A stretch of DNA of 39,626 bases from Minisyncoccota bacterium (GTDB lineage Bacteria; Patescibacteriota; Minisyncoccia; JAHIHE01; JAGLIN01), in NCBI GenBank assembly GCA_023143145.1, contig JAGLID010000045.1, positions 1 through 39,626 of the forward strand, written 5' to 3'. The notes beneath the pieces were generated by a model. The model was not told the origin of the DNA. It did not search any database and worked only from the letters and a program-made list of their open reading frames with translations. Positions 26,049 to 36,213 of the stretch are shown here, one piece after another. How positions within the stretch are numbered: position 1 is the stretch's first letter; every line of letters starts with the position of its first letter. The position numbers and the translations under genes are program-made.

Positions 26049-27176
26049 TCAAATTCCTTCTTCTTTCAATTTTTCAAATAATTTTTTTTGACTCTTAGAA
26101 AGTCTTTCTGGTATCACAACCCGAACAACAATGAACATATCTCCCTTTCCTCTTCCTTGAAGATGAGTAATTCCTTTTTCGTTTAATTTAATTATCTTTC
26201 CGCTCTGAATGCCTGAAGGAATTTTCAATTTGACCTCATCTTGTAGGGTTGGAATATTCACCTTGTCTCCGAGCACGGCTTGCGAAATAGATATCTGTAA
26301 ATTATATATAATGTCATCGCCTTTTCTTTCGAAGAAAGAATGCTGTTTTACACGCACTGTAATATATAAATCACCAGCAACTGAATTTCTTTTTCCAGGA
26401 CGAAAACCGACTTCACCTTGACCCGACAAACGAATTGTCTGTCCGTCAGCAATTCCTGCGGGAATTTTAACTTTGATAGTTTTATTTTGCTTCGTCTTTC
26501 CATCGCCTCCACAAACCGAACATTTTTTATCAAATGTTTCTCCTAAACCCTTACAATCTGGACATATTTCATTCTGAGCAAAAGTTCCCAGAATGGTTCG
26601 TCTTTGTTTCGTCACTTGACCACTTCCGCTACAGGTTTTACAAGACTCAACTTTACTGCCCTTTTCTGCTCCGCTTCCATCGCAAGATGAACATAAAATT
26701 GAAATATATATATTTATATCTTTTTCAGTTTCGACTACCGCCTCTTCAAGAGTAATTTCAATATCAACAGATATATCATTTCCCTTTCCTTGATTCTGGC
26801 TTTGATCTCTTCCCTTACCTCCAAAAATATCGCCAAAAATATCGCCAAATCCTCCACCATCTCCACCATCTCCACCAAATTCAAAATTAAATCCATTCTG
26901 ACCACCTCCTTGAAAACCAGAAAAATCAAAACCTCCAAATCCTTGCCCTCCACCTGCCCCAGCCTGATCAAATCCTGAACCAAATTGATCATATTGACCT
27001 CTTTTTTGTTTATCAGAAAGCACTTGATAGGCTTCATTTATTTCCTTAAACTTCACCTCATCTCCTCCTTTTTTATCTGGATGATGTTTGTGAGCCGCCT
27101 TTCGAAAAGCCTTCTTGATTTCATCATCACTTGCATCTTTGGAAACTCCTAAAAGTTTATAATAATCTTTTGCCAT
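26049..27176 (-). CDS. dnaJ: Chaperone DnaJ
   Basis: J domain with HPD, G/F-rich region, four CxxCxGxG repeats. Confidence 0.98.
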   Translation of the reverse strand: MAKDYYKLLGVSKDASDDEIKKAFRKAAHKHHPDKKGGDEVKFKEINEAYQVLSDKQKRGQYDQFGSGFDQAGAGGGQGFGGFDFSGFQGGGQNGFNFEFGGDGGDGGGFGDIFGDIFGGKGRDQSQNQGKGNDISVDIEITLEEAVVETEKDINIYISILCSSCDGSGAEKGSKVESCKTCSGSGQVTKQRRTILGTFAQNEICPDCKGLGETFDKKCSVCGGDGKTKQNKTIKVKIPAGIADGQTIRLSGQGEVGFRPGKRNSVAGDLYITVRVKQHSFFERKGDDIIYNLQISISQAVLGDKVNIPTLQDEVKLKIPSGIQSGKIIKLNEKGITHLQGRGKGDMFIVVRVVIPERLSKSQKKLFEKLKEEGI

Positions 27177-27263
27177 ATATATTTATATTTTTATAATTTA
27201 ATCAATTTACTGAGTTATTTTAGCATCATATCAGTAATTTATCAAGATATATACTTTCTTGAA

Positions 27264-29225
27264 TCAAAACCTCTTCTCCAGCTTCCTTAATTCCAATATC
27301 TCATCTCGCAACATTGCCGCTTGTTCAAACTTCAAATCTTGAGAAAATTTTCTCATTTCCCTTTCCTTCATCTTAATTATTTTTGGAATATTTTCAAAAC
27401 TTTCAATCTTCAAATATTCCTCAGAGACTTTTGACTCAATTTCGTGATTAATAATGCTTTTAATTTTCTTTTGAATCGTGGCTGGTGTAATATTATGAAT
27501 TTTATTATAGGCAACTTGCTTTTTCCTTCTGCGATTCGTTTCATCAATCGCCCTCTTCATAGAACCTGTCATATTGTCGGCATACATAATTACTTTTCCG
27601 GAAACATTTCTAGCTGCCCTACCAATCGTCTGGATAAGTGATGTTTCACTTCGCAAAAATCCCTCCTTATCCGCATCAAGAATTCCAACCAACGTCACCT
27701 CAGGCAAATCCAATCCTTCTCTGAGCAGATTCACTCCCACCAAACAATCAAATTTACCCCTACGCAAATCTTCCAGAATTCTAATGCGATCAAGAGTATC
27801 AACTTCGCTATGTAAATAATTTGATTTAATTCCCATGTCCCGCAAATATTCATCCAAGTCTTCCGCCATCTTTTTGGTCAAAGTCGTCACCAAAATTCTT
27901 TCTTTTTTCTTGGCACGAATTTCAATTTCCTTTGACAAATCATCCACTTGATTTTCAATAGGTCGAACATTAATTTCTGAATCAACAAGTCCAGTTGGAC
28001 GAATAATTTGCTCTACAATTTGCGATGATATTTCTTTTTCATAATCTGCTGGTGTGGCTGAGATATAAATAACATTATTTACCCTCTCTTCAAACTCATC
28101 AAACCTCAAAGGACGATTATCAAAAGCCGATGGCAAACGAAAACCGTGATCTACTAAATTAGTTTTCCGCGCCTTATCGCCCGCATGCATCGCTCTGATT
28201 TGCGGAATTGTGACATGAGATTCATCAATAACCACAAGATAGTCTTTTGGGAAATAATCCATCAAAGTATATGGAGGATCTCCCTTTTTTCTGCCAGTAA
28301 GATATCTTGAATAATTTTCAATACCATTGCAATATCCAACCTCTCGAATCATCTCCAAATCATATTTTGTTCTTCTTTTCAATCGATCAGCTTCCAATAA
28401 TTTTCCTTCTTTTTGAAAAACCTTCAATTTCTCTTTCAATTCCTTTTCAATTCTCCCTAATGATTTCTCCAACAGACCATCTTCCACAATAAAATGTTTA
28501 GCTGGAAAAAACATAAAATCAGAATGCTCTTTGATTTTTTTTCGCGTCAATCCGTCGAATTCTGTAATCCTTTTTACTGTCTCGCCACTCAATTCAATTC
28601 TGATTATATTTTCAATTCCGGGAGGAATAATTTCAATAACATCACCACGCGCTCGAAATCGTCCTCTTTCCAAAACTTCACTGCGCGAATAATGCATATC
28701 AACAAGTTGACTAATAATTTTTTCGCGATTACTCGATAAGCCTGTGCTAATAAAAAGTACTTCATTCCGATAGGCATCTGGTGAACCCAAACCATAAATA
28801 CAAGACACTGATGCCACCACGATCACATCTTTTCGCGACAAAAGTTCGGCCGTTGCTTTATGCCTCAATTTTTCAATTTCCTTGTTAATCTGAACTTCTT
28901 TTTCGATATAAGTATCTGTCGATGACATATATGCTTCCGGTTGATAATAGTCATAATAGGAAACGAAATATTCAACCGCATTATCAGGAAAGAATTCCCG
29001 AAACTCACTCACTAATTGCGCTGCCAATGTTTTGTTGTGAGCAATCACTAATGTCGGTTTCTGGATTTTCTCAATGACATTAGCAACCGTAAAAGTCTTG
29101 CCACTTCCCGTTACACCTAAAAGTGTCTGATGTTGGCTTCCCTTCTTCAGACCTTGATATAATTTCTCAATCGCCACTGGCTGATCCCCATCTGGCTTGA
29201 ATTTTGCTTGTAATTTGAATTTCAT
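27264..29225 (-). CDS. uvrB: Excinuclease ABC subunit B
   Basis: [26 protein letters not shown] and [12 protein letters not shown]. Confidence 0.98.
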   Translation of the reverse strand: MKFKLQAKFKPDGDQPVAIEKLYQGLKKGSQHQTLLGVTGSGKTFTVANVIEKIQKPTLVIAHNKTLAAQLVSEFREFFPDNAVEYFVSYYDYYQPEAYMSSTDTYIEKEVQINKEIEKLRHKATAELLSRKDVIVVASVSCIYGLGSPDAYRNEVLFISTGLSSNREKIISQLVDMHYSRSEVLERGRFRARGDVIEIIPPGIENIIRIELSGETVKRITEFDGLTRKKIKEHSDFMFFPAKHFIVEDGLLEKSLGRIEKELKEKLKVFQKEGKLLEADRLKRRTKYDLEMIREVGYCNGIENYSRYLTGRKKGDPPYTLMDYFPKDYLVVIDESHVTIPQIRAMHAGDKARKTNLVDHGFRLPSAFDNRPLRFDEFEERVNNVIYISATPADYEKEISSQIVEQIIRPTGLVDSEINVRPIENQVDDLSKEIEIRAKKKERILVTTLTKKMAEDLDEYLRDMGIKSNYLHSEVDTLDRIRILEDLRRGKFDCLVGVNLLREGLDLPEVTLVGILDADKEGFLRSETSLIQTIGRAARNVSGKVIMYADNMTGSMKRAIDETNRRRKKQVAYNKIHNITPATIQKKIKSIINHEIESKVSEEYLKIESFENIPKIIKMKEREMRKFSQDLKFEQAAMLRDEILELRKLEKRF

Positions 29226-29357
29226 TTTCTATTTACAATGATTATGTACATAAATAATATAGCACATAATCGTTAAAGTCTAGAATTATTTCAAACTAGA
29301 TATTTGCTAATATTATTTTTTTCGGTTATTATTCTAAAAGTTCATTACAAAAAGGAG

Positions 29358-30413
29358 ATGATATATTTGTCATACAAAAGAATTATCAGGCCGATTATAT
29401 TTTATTGGTCAAGAGAAGATCCAGAAAAAGCTCATGAACTTGTAATAAAAATTCTGTATTATATCGGAAAATATAGACTTATTGCATATTTAATTGAAAG
29501 GTTGTTTTTAGTCAAAGACAAACGCCTTGAAGTAGAGCTTTGGGGATTGAAGTTTAGAAATCCAGTTGGTTCAGCGGCCGGATTTGACAAGGATGGTTCT
29601 GCTCGATATGGCATTAAGATATTAGGCTTTGGATTTGCAAGTTTAGGTTCATTTACTCAATATCAGCAAGATGGAAGCGAACGCCCGAGAACTCAACGCA
29701 TTCCAAAAGACGAAGCTATCGTAAACTGTATGGGATTTAATAATCCTGGAGCAGATCAAACAGCTGAAAGACTATCCAAAAAGAGAAAAATAGACATTCC
29801 AATTGGAATCAGCCTAGGCAAGTCTTTGAGAACGCCTCTTGAAAATGCAGTTGAAGAATATCTATATTCTATTCGAAAACTTTATCTTTACGGTGATTTT
29901 TTTATCGTAAACGTGAGTTCTCCAAATACAGAAAATCTCAGAGAACTGCAAAAGAAAGAATATCTAAAAAATATTCTCGTCCGTCTACAAGAAGAAATTA
30001 TAATTCTGAGCAAGGAGCACGAAACAAACAAAAAGCCCTTACTCCTAAAGATTTCACCAGATTTATCGACGGAACAGCTCCATGATATTTTGGATATCTG
30101 TCTAGAATTAGGAATAAGCGGTATAGTGGCTGTTAACACTACAACATCGAGAGAAGGATTGAATGCTCCAGCGAGTGAAAAAGGAGGATTAAGTGGTAAA
30201 CCACTTTGGCCAAAAGCTATTGAGATAGTAAAACAAATTGACAACTATACAAAAGGTGCGGTACCAATTATCGCAGTAGGAGGAATATCCACACCAGAAC
30301 AGGCAAAAGAGATGCTATCAATAAAGAGTGTGAAGCTTATTAAAATCTTTACGGCAGTTGTTTATGAAGGACCATGGATTATAAAAAAAATAAACAAAGG
30401 TCTTCTCAAATAA
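29358..30413 (+). CDS. pyrD: Class 2 (quinone-type) dihydroorotate dehydrogenase
   Basis: DPEKAH, NPVGSAAGFDK, NCMGFNNPG, NVSSPNT, KISPD, NTT and GGLSG; AAGGAG before the ATG at 29358. Confidence 0.93.
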   Translation: MIYLSYKRIIRPIIFYWSREDPEKAHELVIKILYYIGKYRLIAYLIERLFLVKDKRLEVELWGLKFRNPVGSAAGFDKDGSARYGIKILGFGFASLGSFTQYQQDGSERPRTQRIPKDEAIVNCMGFNNPGADQTAERLSKKRKIDIPIGISLGKSLRTPLENAVEEYLYSIRKLYLYGDFFIVNVSSPNTENLRELQKKEYLKNILVRLQEEIIILSKEHETNKKPLLLKISPDLSTEQLHDILDICLELGISGIVAVNTTTSREGLNAPASEKGGLSGKPLWPKAIEIVKQIDNYTKGAVPIIAVGGISTPEQAKEMLSIKSVKLIKIFTAVVYEGPWIIKKINKGLLK

Positions 30414-30508
30414 ACATAAATCAATATTTCTCACAGGATTATAACCTGCGGGATTTTTTTATTTAAAAAAACTCTCCCAAAAATTAGGAGAGTGCCCAGT
30501 TGAAATTA

Positions 30509-30994
30509 TTATTTCCCTTCGCCAGGTATATATATCTCTCTAACGAAACTATCACTTATTTTTATCACAGAACCAGACAAAAGCATTGGCCATAACTTTG
30601 CAGGTATTTTTTCTGACAAAATTATATAATGCCTCATCGGTCCGTCAGTATATGGTGACCTCAGATATAGATGTACTACTATGGAATCCGCAGCTCTTTG
30701 AAAATCAAACTTATCTATGATTTCAAAATGTTGAAGGCAAAATGATTCTTTTCTTTCTCGAATTTCTACAATTGGGAGACCAATTATTTGGTAATCTCCA
30801 TCTCTTAATTTTGTTGCGATTTTATGTCGATCTTTTTCAAATTCAATCATTCCAAAAATCGTGAGATAGAAACCTAACAATACTAATGATGCAAATATTA
30901 TGAACATTAGAATTTCCTCTTTTGCACCAAAGTATAATAGTCCAGCAATAGTGGGTAATAGATACCCTACAAAAGTTTTATTATGACTTTCCAA
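30509..30994 (-). CDS. Hypothetical membrane protein
   Basis: Two N-terminal TMs; GGAGGG SD before a TTG start. Confidence 0.7.
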   Translation of the reverse strand: MESHNKTFVGYLLPTIAGLLYFGAKEEILMFIIFASLVLLGFYLTIFGMIEFEKDRHKIATKLRDGDYQIIGLPIVEIRERKESFCLQHFEIIDKFDFQRAADSIVVHLYLRSPYTDGPMRHYIILSEKIPAKLWPMLLSGSVIKISDSFVREIYIPGEGK

Positions 30995-31152
30995 CTTTTT
31001 ATTCCCTCCAGAAATTGCATTGTTAGCAATTTATATATACGACTATAGTATACATAGCCAATAAGACAGCATAATTCATATAATAAATATTGTCAAGTCT
31101 GAGAATCAAATAAATATGCACATTCAACGATCTAAATGTGCACGATTGCTCT

Positions 31153-31282
31153 TTATCTTTTATTTTTTATATATTGATCCACTAATTTTGGATATGCGAG
31201 AATTTCTTGTCTTACCTCCTCCGTTATAAATCTTTCTTTAATATAAATCTCAAGAATTTCCGCGAGGGTTAATAACCTCCAC
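31153..31282 (-). pseudogene. Probable orotate phosphoribosyltransferase (PyrE) C-terminal remnant
   Basis: LLTLAEILEIYIKERFITEEVRQEILAYPKLVDQYIKNKR* directly after pyrF; SD and GTG start are out of frame with it. Confidence 0.45.
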
Positions 31283-31328
31283 TACTCACCTCTTCGAAAA
31301 ATTTGTGGCTGAGATAATCTCAGTCGGT

Positions 31329-32309
31329 TTATTCTAATAATTTTCCCGCGCGTCTTCGTGCTTCGTTCAGTTCATTGTTTGAAAATTCTGCTGATTTTGC
31401 AGATGCTTCTGCATAATCATAAGGGCTGCATTCGAATGAACCTTTCAGATATGCACCGGAAATTCCTCGAGAAGAATTAACAACTCCAAAGCCATCGTTA
31501 TTAATTCCAGTGATGGCTGCATCTGCTCCGCCTCCTTGTCCAGCGCCATATCCCGGTATCAGAAACAAACAATTTTCGCCCATGATTTGACGCATAATAA
31601 CGGCATCTTCAGGATATGTTGCTCCCATCACAACGCCAACATTACTATAACCAAGTTCTCCTTCTGCTCCCTTTCCCCAATCAAGAGCAAGTTTGGCAAG
31701 ACCTTGCCATACTTTAGTGTCATCACGGAGTGTCATCTGCTCAATTTCAGAATTTGGCTTAAAGGATGTCTTATCGACAATAAATATTCCTTTGCCGCAT
31801 TCTTTTATGACTTTCACAAATTCATCTATGCAAGATGATCCGATATAGCCATGAACTGTCATTGCATCTAAATTGAAAGATGGAACTTTTACAACCTTTT
31901 TTTCGTTTCCATCCCATTTTTCCACCACTCCAAGATGTCCGCTTGCGTATGCCTCAGCTGTTGCTCCTCCATCACCGCGCTTAGCGTCTTCAATGACGAT
32001 AAAACCAACTTCTTCGCATATTCTTTTAGTTTCTTCAAATGCCCAAACACCCCAAGCACCATACTTTTCATAAAAAGCCATCTGTAGTTTCGCAAAAGTT
32101 GCAAATGGGACTGTAGACCTTGCTATTGCGGTATTAAAAATAACAAAAGCTCTGGCAATTGGTTCAAATCCCGTTTTATCTTTTGCCTGTTTCCAGCCTT
32201 CTTGAAGTACATGTTCTGGTATATGCTTTAATTGAGGATCAAATCCTACGCATAGGACACTATTTTTTTTAATTATGCCCTTTATTGCTTTATCTGAAAA
32301 AAATTCCAT
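31329..32309 (-). CDS. pyrF: Orotidine-5'-phosphate decarboxylase (subfamily 2)
   Basis: LCVGFDP, KLQMAFYE, DAKRGD, GVVMGATYP, LIPGYGAGQGG and NSSRGI. Confidence 0.93.
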   Translation of the reverse strand: MEFFSDKAIKGIIKKNSVLCVGFDPQLKHIPEHVLQEGWKQAKDKTGFEPIARAFVIFNTAIARSTVPFATFAKLQMAFYEKYGAWGVWAFEETKRICEEVGFIVIEDAKRGDGGATAEAYASGHLGVVEKWDGNEKKVVKVPSFNLDAMTVHGYIGSSCIDEFVKVIKECGKGIFIVDKTSFKPNSEIEQMTLRDDTKVWQGLAKLALDWGKGAEGELGYSNVGVVMGATYPEDAVIMRQIMGENCLFLIPGYGAGQGGGADAAITGINNDGFGVVNSSRGISGAYLKGSFECSPYDYAEASAKSAEFSNNELNEARRRAGKLLE

Positions 32310-32362
32310 AGTTTCTCACCTTCCATTCATTCTATTCCAAGAGAATCCGTCTCTTATCGTTA

Positions 32363-32491
32363 CTAATCCTTTTTACCACAAGAACACTGACCATTTCTAG
32401 CACAATCAACACAATGTACTTCTTTCCCAAAAAGAACATTTAATTGATTAAAGCCAGAAACTTCCTCTTCAAATCCTTCTGAATCACACAT
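32363..32491 (-). CDS. Unannotated 42-aa Cys-rich small protein
   Basis: MCDSEGFEEEVSGFNQLNVLFGKEVHCVDCARNGQCSCGKKD; GGAGGTGA SD. Confidence 0.6.
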   Translation of the reverse strand: MCDSEGFEEEVSGFNQLNVLFGKEVHCVDCARNGQCSCGKKD

Positions 32492-32581
32492 ATATTTTCA
32501 CCTCCCTTTTATTTTATTTTCAATGATCAAACCTCTCTTTGTAAGATTTTAACTCTCCAAATTGTTCAATCCTAAACAAAA

Positions 32582-32623
32582 AATAACAGTAAACGTTGGT
32601 TATGTCAACAATTTACTGTTATT
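32582..32623 (-). terminator. Terminator after the tig-clpP unit
   Basis: AATAACAGTAAA/TTTACTGTTATT inverted repeat followed by a T-run on the minus strand. Confidence 0.6.
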
Positions 32624-32705
32624 GTATATCTTGAAAATAAATTAAGTTTCCAACGCATATACTAAGTATCCTCGTAAGCATCGAAACTTGGATATTATAT
32701 CATTT

Positions 32706-33281
32706 TTATTTCACAATCTTATCAACAATTCCATACTTCTTAGCTTCTTCGGCATTCATATAGTAATCACGATCAGAATCTTTTTCAATTTTATCAAGCG
32801 ACTGTCCAGTATTCTTTACTAAAATTTTATTCAGCTTTCCCTTAATTTTCAAAATATGACGAGCCGAAATTTCAATATCGCTTGCTTGACCCTCTGCGCC
32901 TCCCATTACTTGATGAATCATTATTTCAGAATTTGGAAGTGTCAATCTTTTCCCTTTAGCTCCCGATGAAAGAAGTAAAGATGCAGCCGAGGCAGCCATT
33001 CCAATGCAAACCGTCGAGACATCACATTTTACATAATTCATTGTGTCATAAATCGCCAAGGCCGAAGTCACAATTCCACCTGTAGAATTTATATAAAGCA
33101 TCACATCGGCTTTTTCATCTTGTTTCTCCAAAAATAAAAGTTGAGCAATGATATTATTTGCTACACTATCATTGATTGGACCACCAAGAAAAACAATCCG
33201 ATCTTTAAGAAGTCGTGAATAAATATCATAAGCTCTCTCACCGTCTGAAGATTTTTCGATTACCGTTGGTATTAGATTCAT
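32706..33281 (-). CDS. clpP: ATP-dependent Clp protease proteolytic subunit
   Basis: [22 protein letters not shown] and DSDRD. Confidence 0.98.
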   Translation of the reverse strand: MNLIPTVIEKSSDGERAYDIYSRLLKDRIVFLGGPINDSVANNIIAQLLFLEKQDEKADVMLYINSTGGIVTSALAIYDTMNYVKCDVSTVCIGMAASAASLLLSSGAKGKRLTLPNSEIMIHQVMGGAEGQASDIEISARHILKIKGKLNKILVKNTGQSLDKIEKDSDRDYYMNAEEAKKYGIVDKIVK

Positions 33282-33326
33282 ATATTTTATATTAATACTT
33301 AAAATTTAATAACGATAATTTAGATT

Positions 33327-33872
33327 CTACCGTTTCTTACTCTTGCCACTTAAATCCAACATCTCTTTGGTGTTTTTCATTATATTCTTAAACGGTAATC
33401 TTTCTGATAATATTTTCACAAAATTGAACATTATATCAGAATTACAACGCAACCTGAATTTGTGCTTTTTTTTATTTTCAATAAAGATGATATCACCAAA
33501 CATCTGAGCGGTCATATAAGTAATAAGATTTTTAGGTTTTACGTAAAAGCATTCCATTTCAGACCAAGCGACTGTCTTTGTTGTATTGAAAATAAGATTA
33601 TTAATCGTGAATCCATTATTTGTTATTCTGTATCTTTCAACTATTTCATTAATATCTATGTTATATCGACATCTTTTCTGGATATTTATATAGTATTTAG
33701 CCACTAAATATAAAACCACCAATAATAATATTACTACTATCCAAAAATTAATAAAACTTCCCAAGGAAATAAGGACTAACAAAGACAGGAAAAGCAAAGC
33801 ATGAAAATCTCTCTTGATATTAATACATGATTTATGCATATTCCATTCCAATAATATATTTTCACCTTGCAT
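33327..33872 (-). CDS. Hypothetical membrane protein (2 TM plus possible PH-like domain)
   Basis: TM hairpin followed by YRITNNGF...VAWSEM. Confidence 0.7.
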   Translation of the reverse strand: MQGENILLEWNMHKSCINIKRDFHALLFLSLLVLISLGSFINFWIVVILLLVVLYLVAKYYINIQKRCRYNIDINEIVERYRITNNGFTINNLIFNTTKTVAWSEMECFYVKPKNLITYMTAQMFGDIIFIENKKKHKFRLRCNSDIMFNFVKILSERLPFKNIMKNTKEMLDLSGKSKKR

Positions 33873-33895
33873 AATATATTTTATTGAATTAAGAT

Positions 33896-35182
33896 TTATT
33901 TTCCGTTCTTTTCAGCGATATTTTCCAAAACTTCAAAAACTTTTTCATTCATCATAATTCCTGCAATGTAATTTTTATACTTTTCTGTATCCATATTTTT
34001 TGTCATTTCTTCCGCATTCGGATAATGTCTTAAAGTTTCATTTACTCTTTCTCGAATCTCGTCTTCCTCAATTTTGATTTCCTCTTTATTAGAAATTTCT
34101 CGCATCACAAGCCCAGTCTTCACTCTTTTCTCAGCCATTTCCCTCCATTCAACTTTTAATTTTTCAACACTCGTATTTACACTAATAAGATAGTCTGCAA
34201 ATTCAATACCAGAATATGTAACATTATTTTCAAATTCCTTGAGCATATTGTCCAACTCAGAATCAATCAAAACATCTGGCAAGTCAATTGTTGATTTCTC
34301 ACTTACTTGGTCAATAAGTTTATTTTTAAGTTCTTCCTTGGCTTTATTTTCATTCTCTGTCATCATTCCATCTTTGATACTTTTCTTAAGACTATCTAAG
34401 TCTTCAAATTTTCCAAGACTTTTAGCAAATTCATCATTCACTTCGTCCAACTCAACCTTTTGAATTATTTTCATCTCAACTTTGAAATCAGCATTTTTTC
34501 CTGCTAACTCTTTTTTATATTCTTCTGGAAAAATTACACTAAATTCTTTGATATCATCCTTACTCATTCCAACGAGATTTTCCTCAAACCCCGGAATGAA
34601 TTTTCCTTCTCCAATAACCAAAGGATGATTTTTACTTTCCCCTCCTTCAATTTTCACACTGCCAACTCTTGTCTCAAAATCAATTTCAACTCGATCTCCC
34701 TTTTCGGCTTTTGTATCTTTTGTGATATATTTTGCTCTTTTCTTTTGAATCATCTCTAATTCTTTTTCAACTCGGCCAGCTTCAATTTCTTTGATTTCAA
34801 TTTTTCCAGAAACTTTTGTATAATCCCCCAACTTCACTTCTGGAAGCACAGAAATTATAATTTTATACTCCAAAGAATTTCCAATCGCTGTTTTTGTGAT
34901 TTCAGCTTTTGGATGACCAATTGGATTCAATTTATTTTTTTCGATAACTTCTAAATATGATTTCTCAATTGCGTCATGTGTTGCTTCTTCAAAAATAGCT
35001 AAATCTCCAATTTGTTTTTTTGCGACATCTTTAGGAACTTTTCCCGCACGAAATCCATCAGCTTTAACATTTTTTGACATTTTATCCAAAGCCTTCTTCA
35101 TATATTTTTCCATTTCTTCAACGGAAATCTCAACACTAATTTCTTTTTGTGATTTTTCTAAATCTTTAATCTCACTTTTCAT
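33896..35182 (-). CDS. tig: Trigger factor
   Basis: GFRAGKVP ribosome-binding motif and FIPGFEE FKBP domain. Confidence 0.97.
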   Translation of the reverse strand: MKSEIKDLEKSQKEISVEISVEEMEKYMKKALDKMSKNVKADGFRAGKVPKDVAKKQIGDLAIFEEATHDAIEKSYLEVIEKNKLNPIGHPKAEITKTAIGNSLEYKIIISVLPEVKLGDYTKVSGKIEIKEIEAGRVEKELEMIQKKRAKYITKDTKAEKGDRVEIDFETRVGSVKIEGGESKNHPLVIGEGKFIPGFEENLVGMSKDDIKEFSVIFPEEYKKELAGKNADFKVEMKIIQKVELDEVNDEFAKSLGKFEDLDSLKKSIKDGMMTENENKAKEELKNKLIDQVSEKSTIDLPDVLIDSELDNMLKEFENNVTYSGIEFADYLISVNTSVEKLKVEWREMAEKRVKTGLVMREISNKEEIKIEEDEIRERVNETLRHYPNAEEMTKNMDTEKYKNYIAGIMMNEKVFEVLENIAEKNGK

Positions 35183-35234
35183 TAATTTTTATTGTTAATG
35201 TATTATTTATTAAATTTCCTCGTTTTCGTTTTTG

Positions 35235-36167
35235 TTATTCTCCTAATTTATTCATCAATGGTGGAACCAATTGTTTTTTTCTAGAAACTACTCCCTTTAG
35301 AGACATTAGACTTTCTCTTATATTGCCTGAAAATACTTTTTCAGCCAATTTCTCTTCTTTGTTTTCAATTACATATAAATCAGAATTATTCTTCACAATA
35401 TCAACTACTGCAAAAAACATATAATCCATTTTTGCCTGACCTTTTTTCTCTATAAGAGATTGAATAATTTTGTCCTTTTGAACATTCACTGTTCCGGGAT
35501 TTGTTGTTTCCCAGACTCCGATTCCAACTTTATATCTACCCATATCAAACTCCTTGTAATCTTTGCTAATTATATCATCCACAGAAATTCCTTTCAAGCT
35601 TGATTTTGCAGCAAATATTTCGCTGACAAATTTTTTCATATCTAGCTTTGCAATCTTATTCAACTCTGAAAATATTTTCTTGTCATCAATAGTGCTTGTT
35701 GGAGAATTAAAGTTAATAGTGTCTGAAATAATACAAGTAATCATCAACTCAGCCGAAGCTTTATCAATCTTGATATTTTTTTCCTTCAAAATTTTATATA
35801 TCACGGATGCTGTACATCCAATTGCTTCAATGCGTGTAAAAATCGGCTTTGATGATTTCAATCCACCCAGATTATGATGGTCGATAATTGCCATCAAATT
35901 ATCCTCCGTTAATCCATCAATAATTTGAGATGGCTCAGTTGTGTCGACAAGAACAACAACTTCATTTATAATTGCTTTTAAAATTCGAGGTTTTTTTATC
36001 TTTAACTTCTCTAGAATATATTTTGTTTCATTATTTATCTCACCCGCCACGACTGGTTCAATTTCAAAACCAAATATTCTTTTTCCAAACCGCGAAACCA
36101 AAAAAGCAGATAAAGCAGAATCTGTATCAGGATTTTTATGACCAATAGAAATAATTTTGTTTTTCAT
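35235..36167 (-). CDS. ppaC: Mn-dependent inorganic pyrophosphatase (family II)
   Basis: GHKNPDTDS, IDHH, ISDT and SRKKQLVP. Confidence 0.95.
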   Translation of the reverse strand: MKNKIISIGHKNPDTDSALSAFLVSRFGKRIFGFEIEPVVAGEINNETKYILEKLKIKKPRILKAIINEVVVLVDTTEPSQIIDGLTEDNLMAIIDHHNLGGLKSSKPIFTRIEAIGCTASVIYKILKEKNIKIDKASAELMITCIISDTINFNSPTSTIDDKKIFSELNKIAKLDMKKFVSEIFAAKSSLKGISVDDIISKDYKEFDMGRYKVGIGVWETTNPGTVNVQKDKIIQSLIEKKGQAKMDYMFFAVVDIVKNNSDLYVIENKEEKLAEKVFSGNIRESLMSLKGVVSRKKQLVPPLMNKLGE

Positions 36168-36213
36168 TTAGTTAAAATTAAATTTTATTTTATAACAAGA
36201 ACACTATAGGAAG

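Noticed and set aside
26049-29225. TGA recoding (genetic code 25)
   Set aside because: dnaJ and uvrB end in TGA at the expected lengths, and no conserved gene has an internal TGA.
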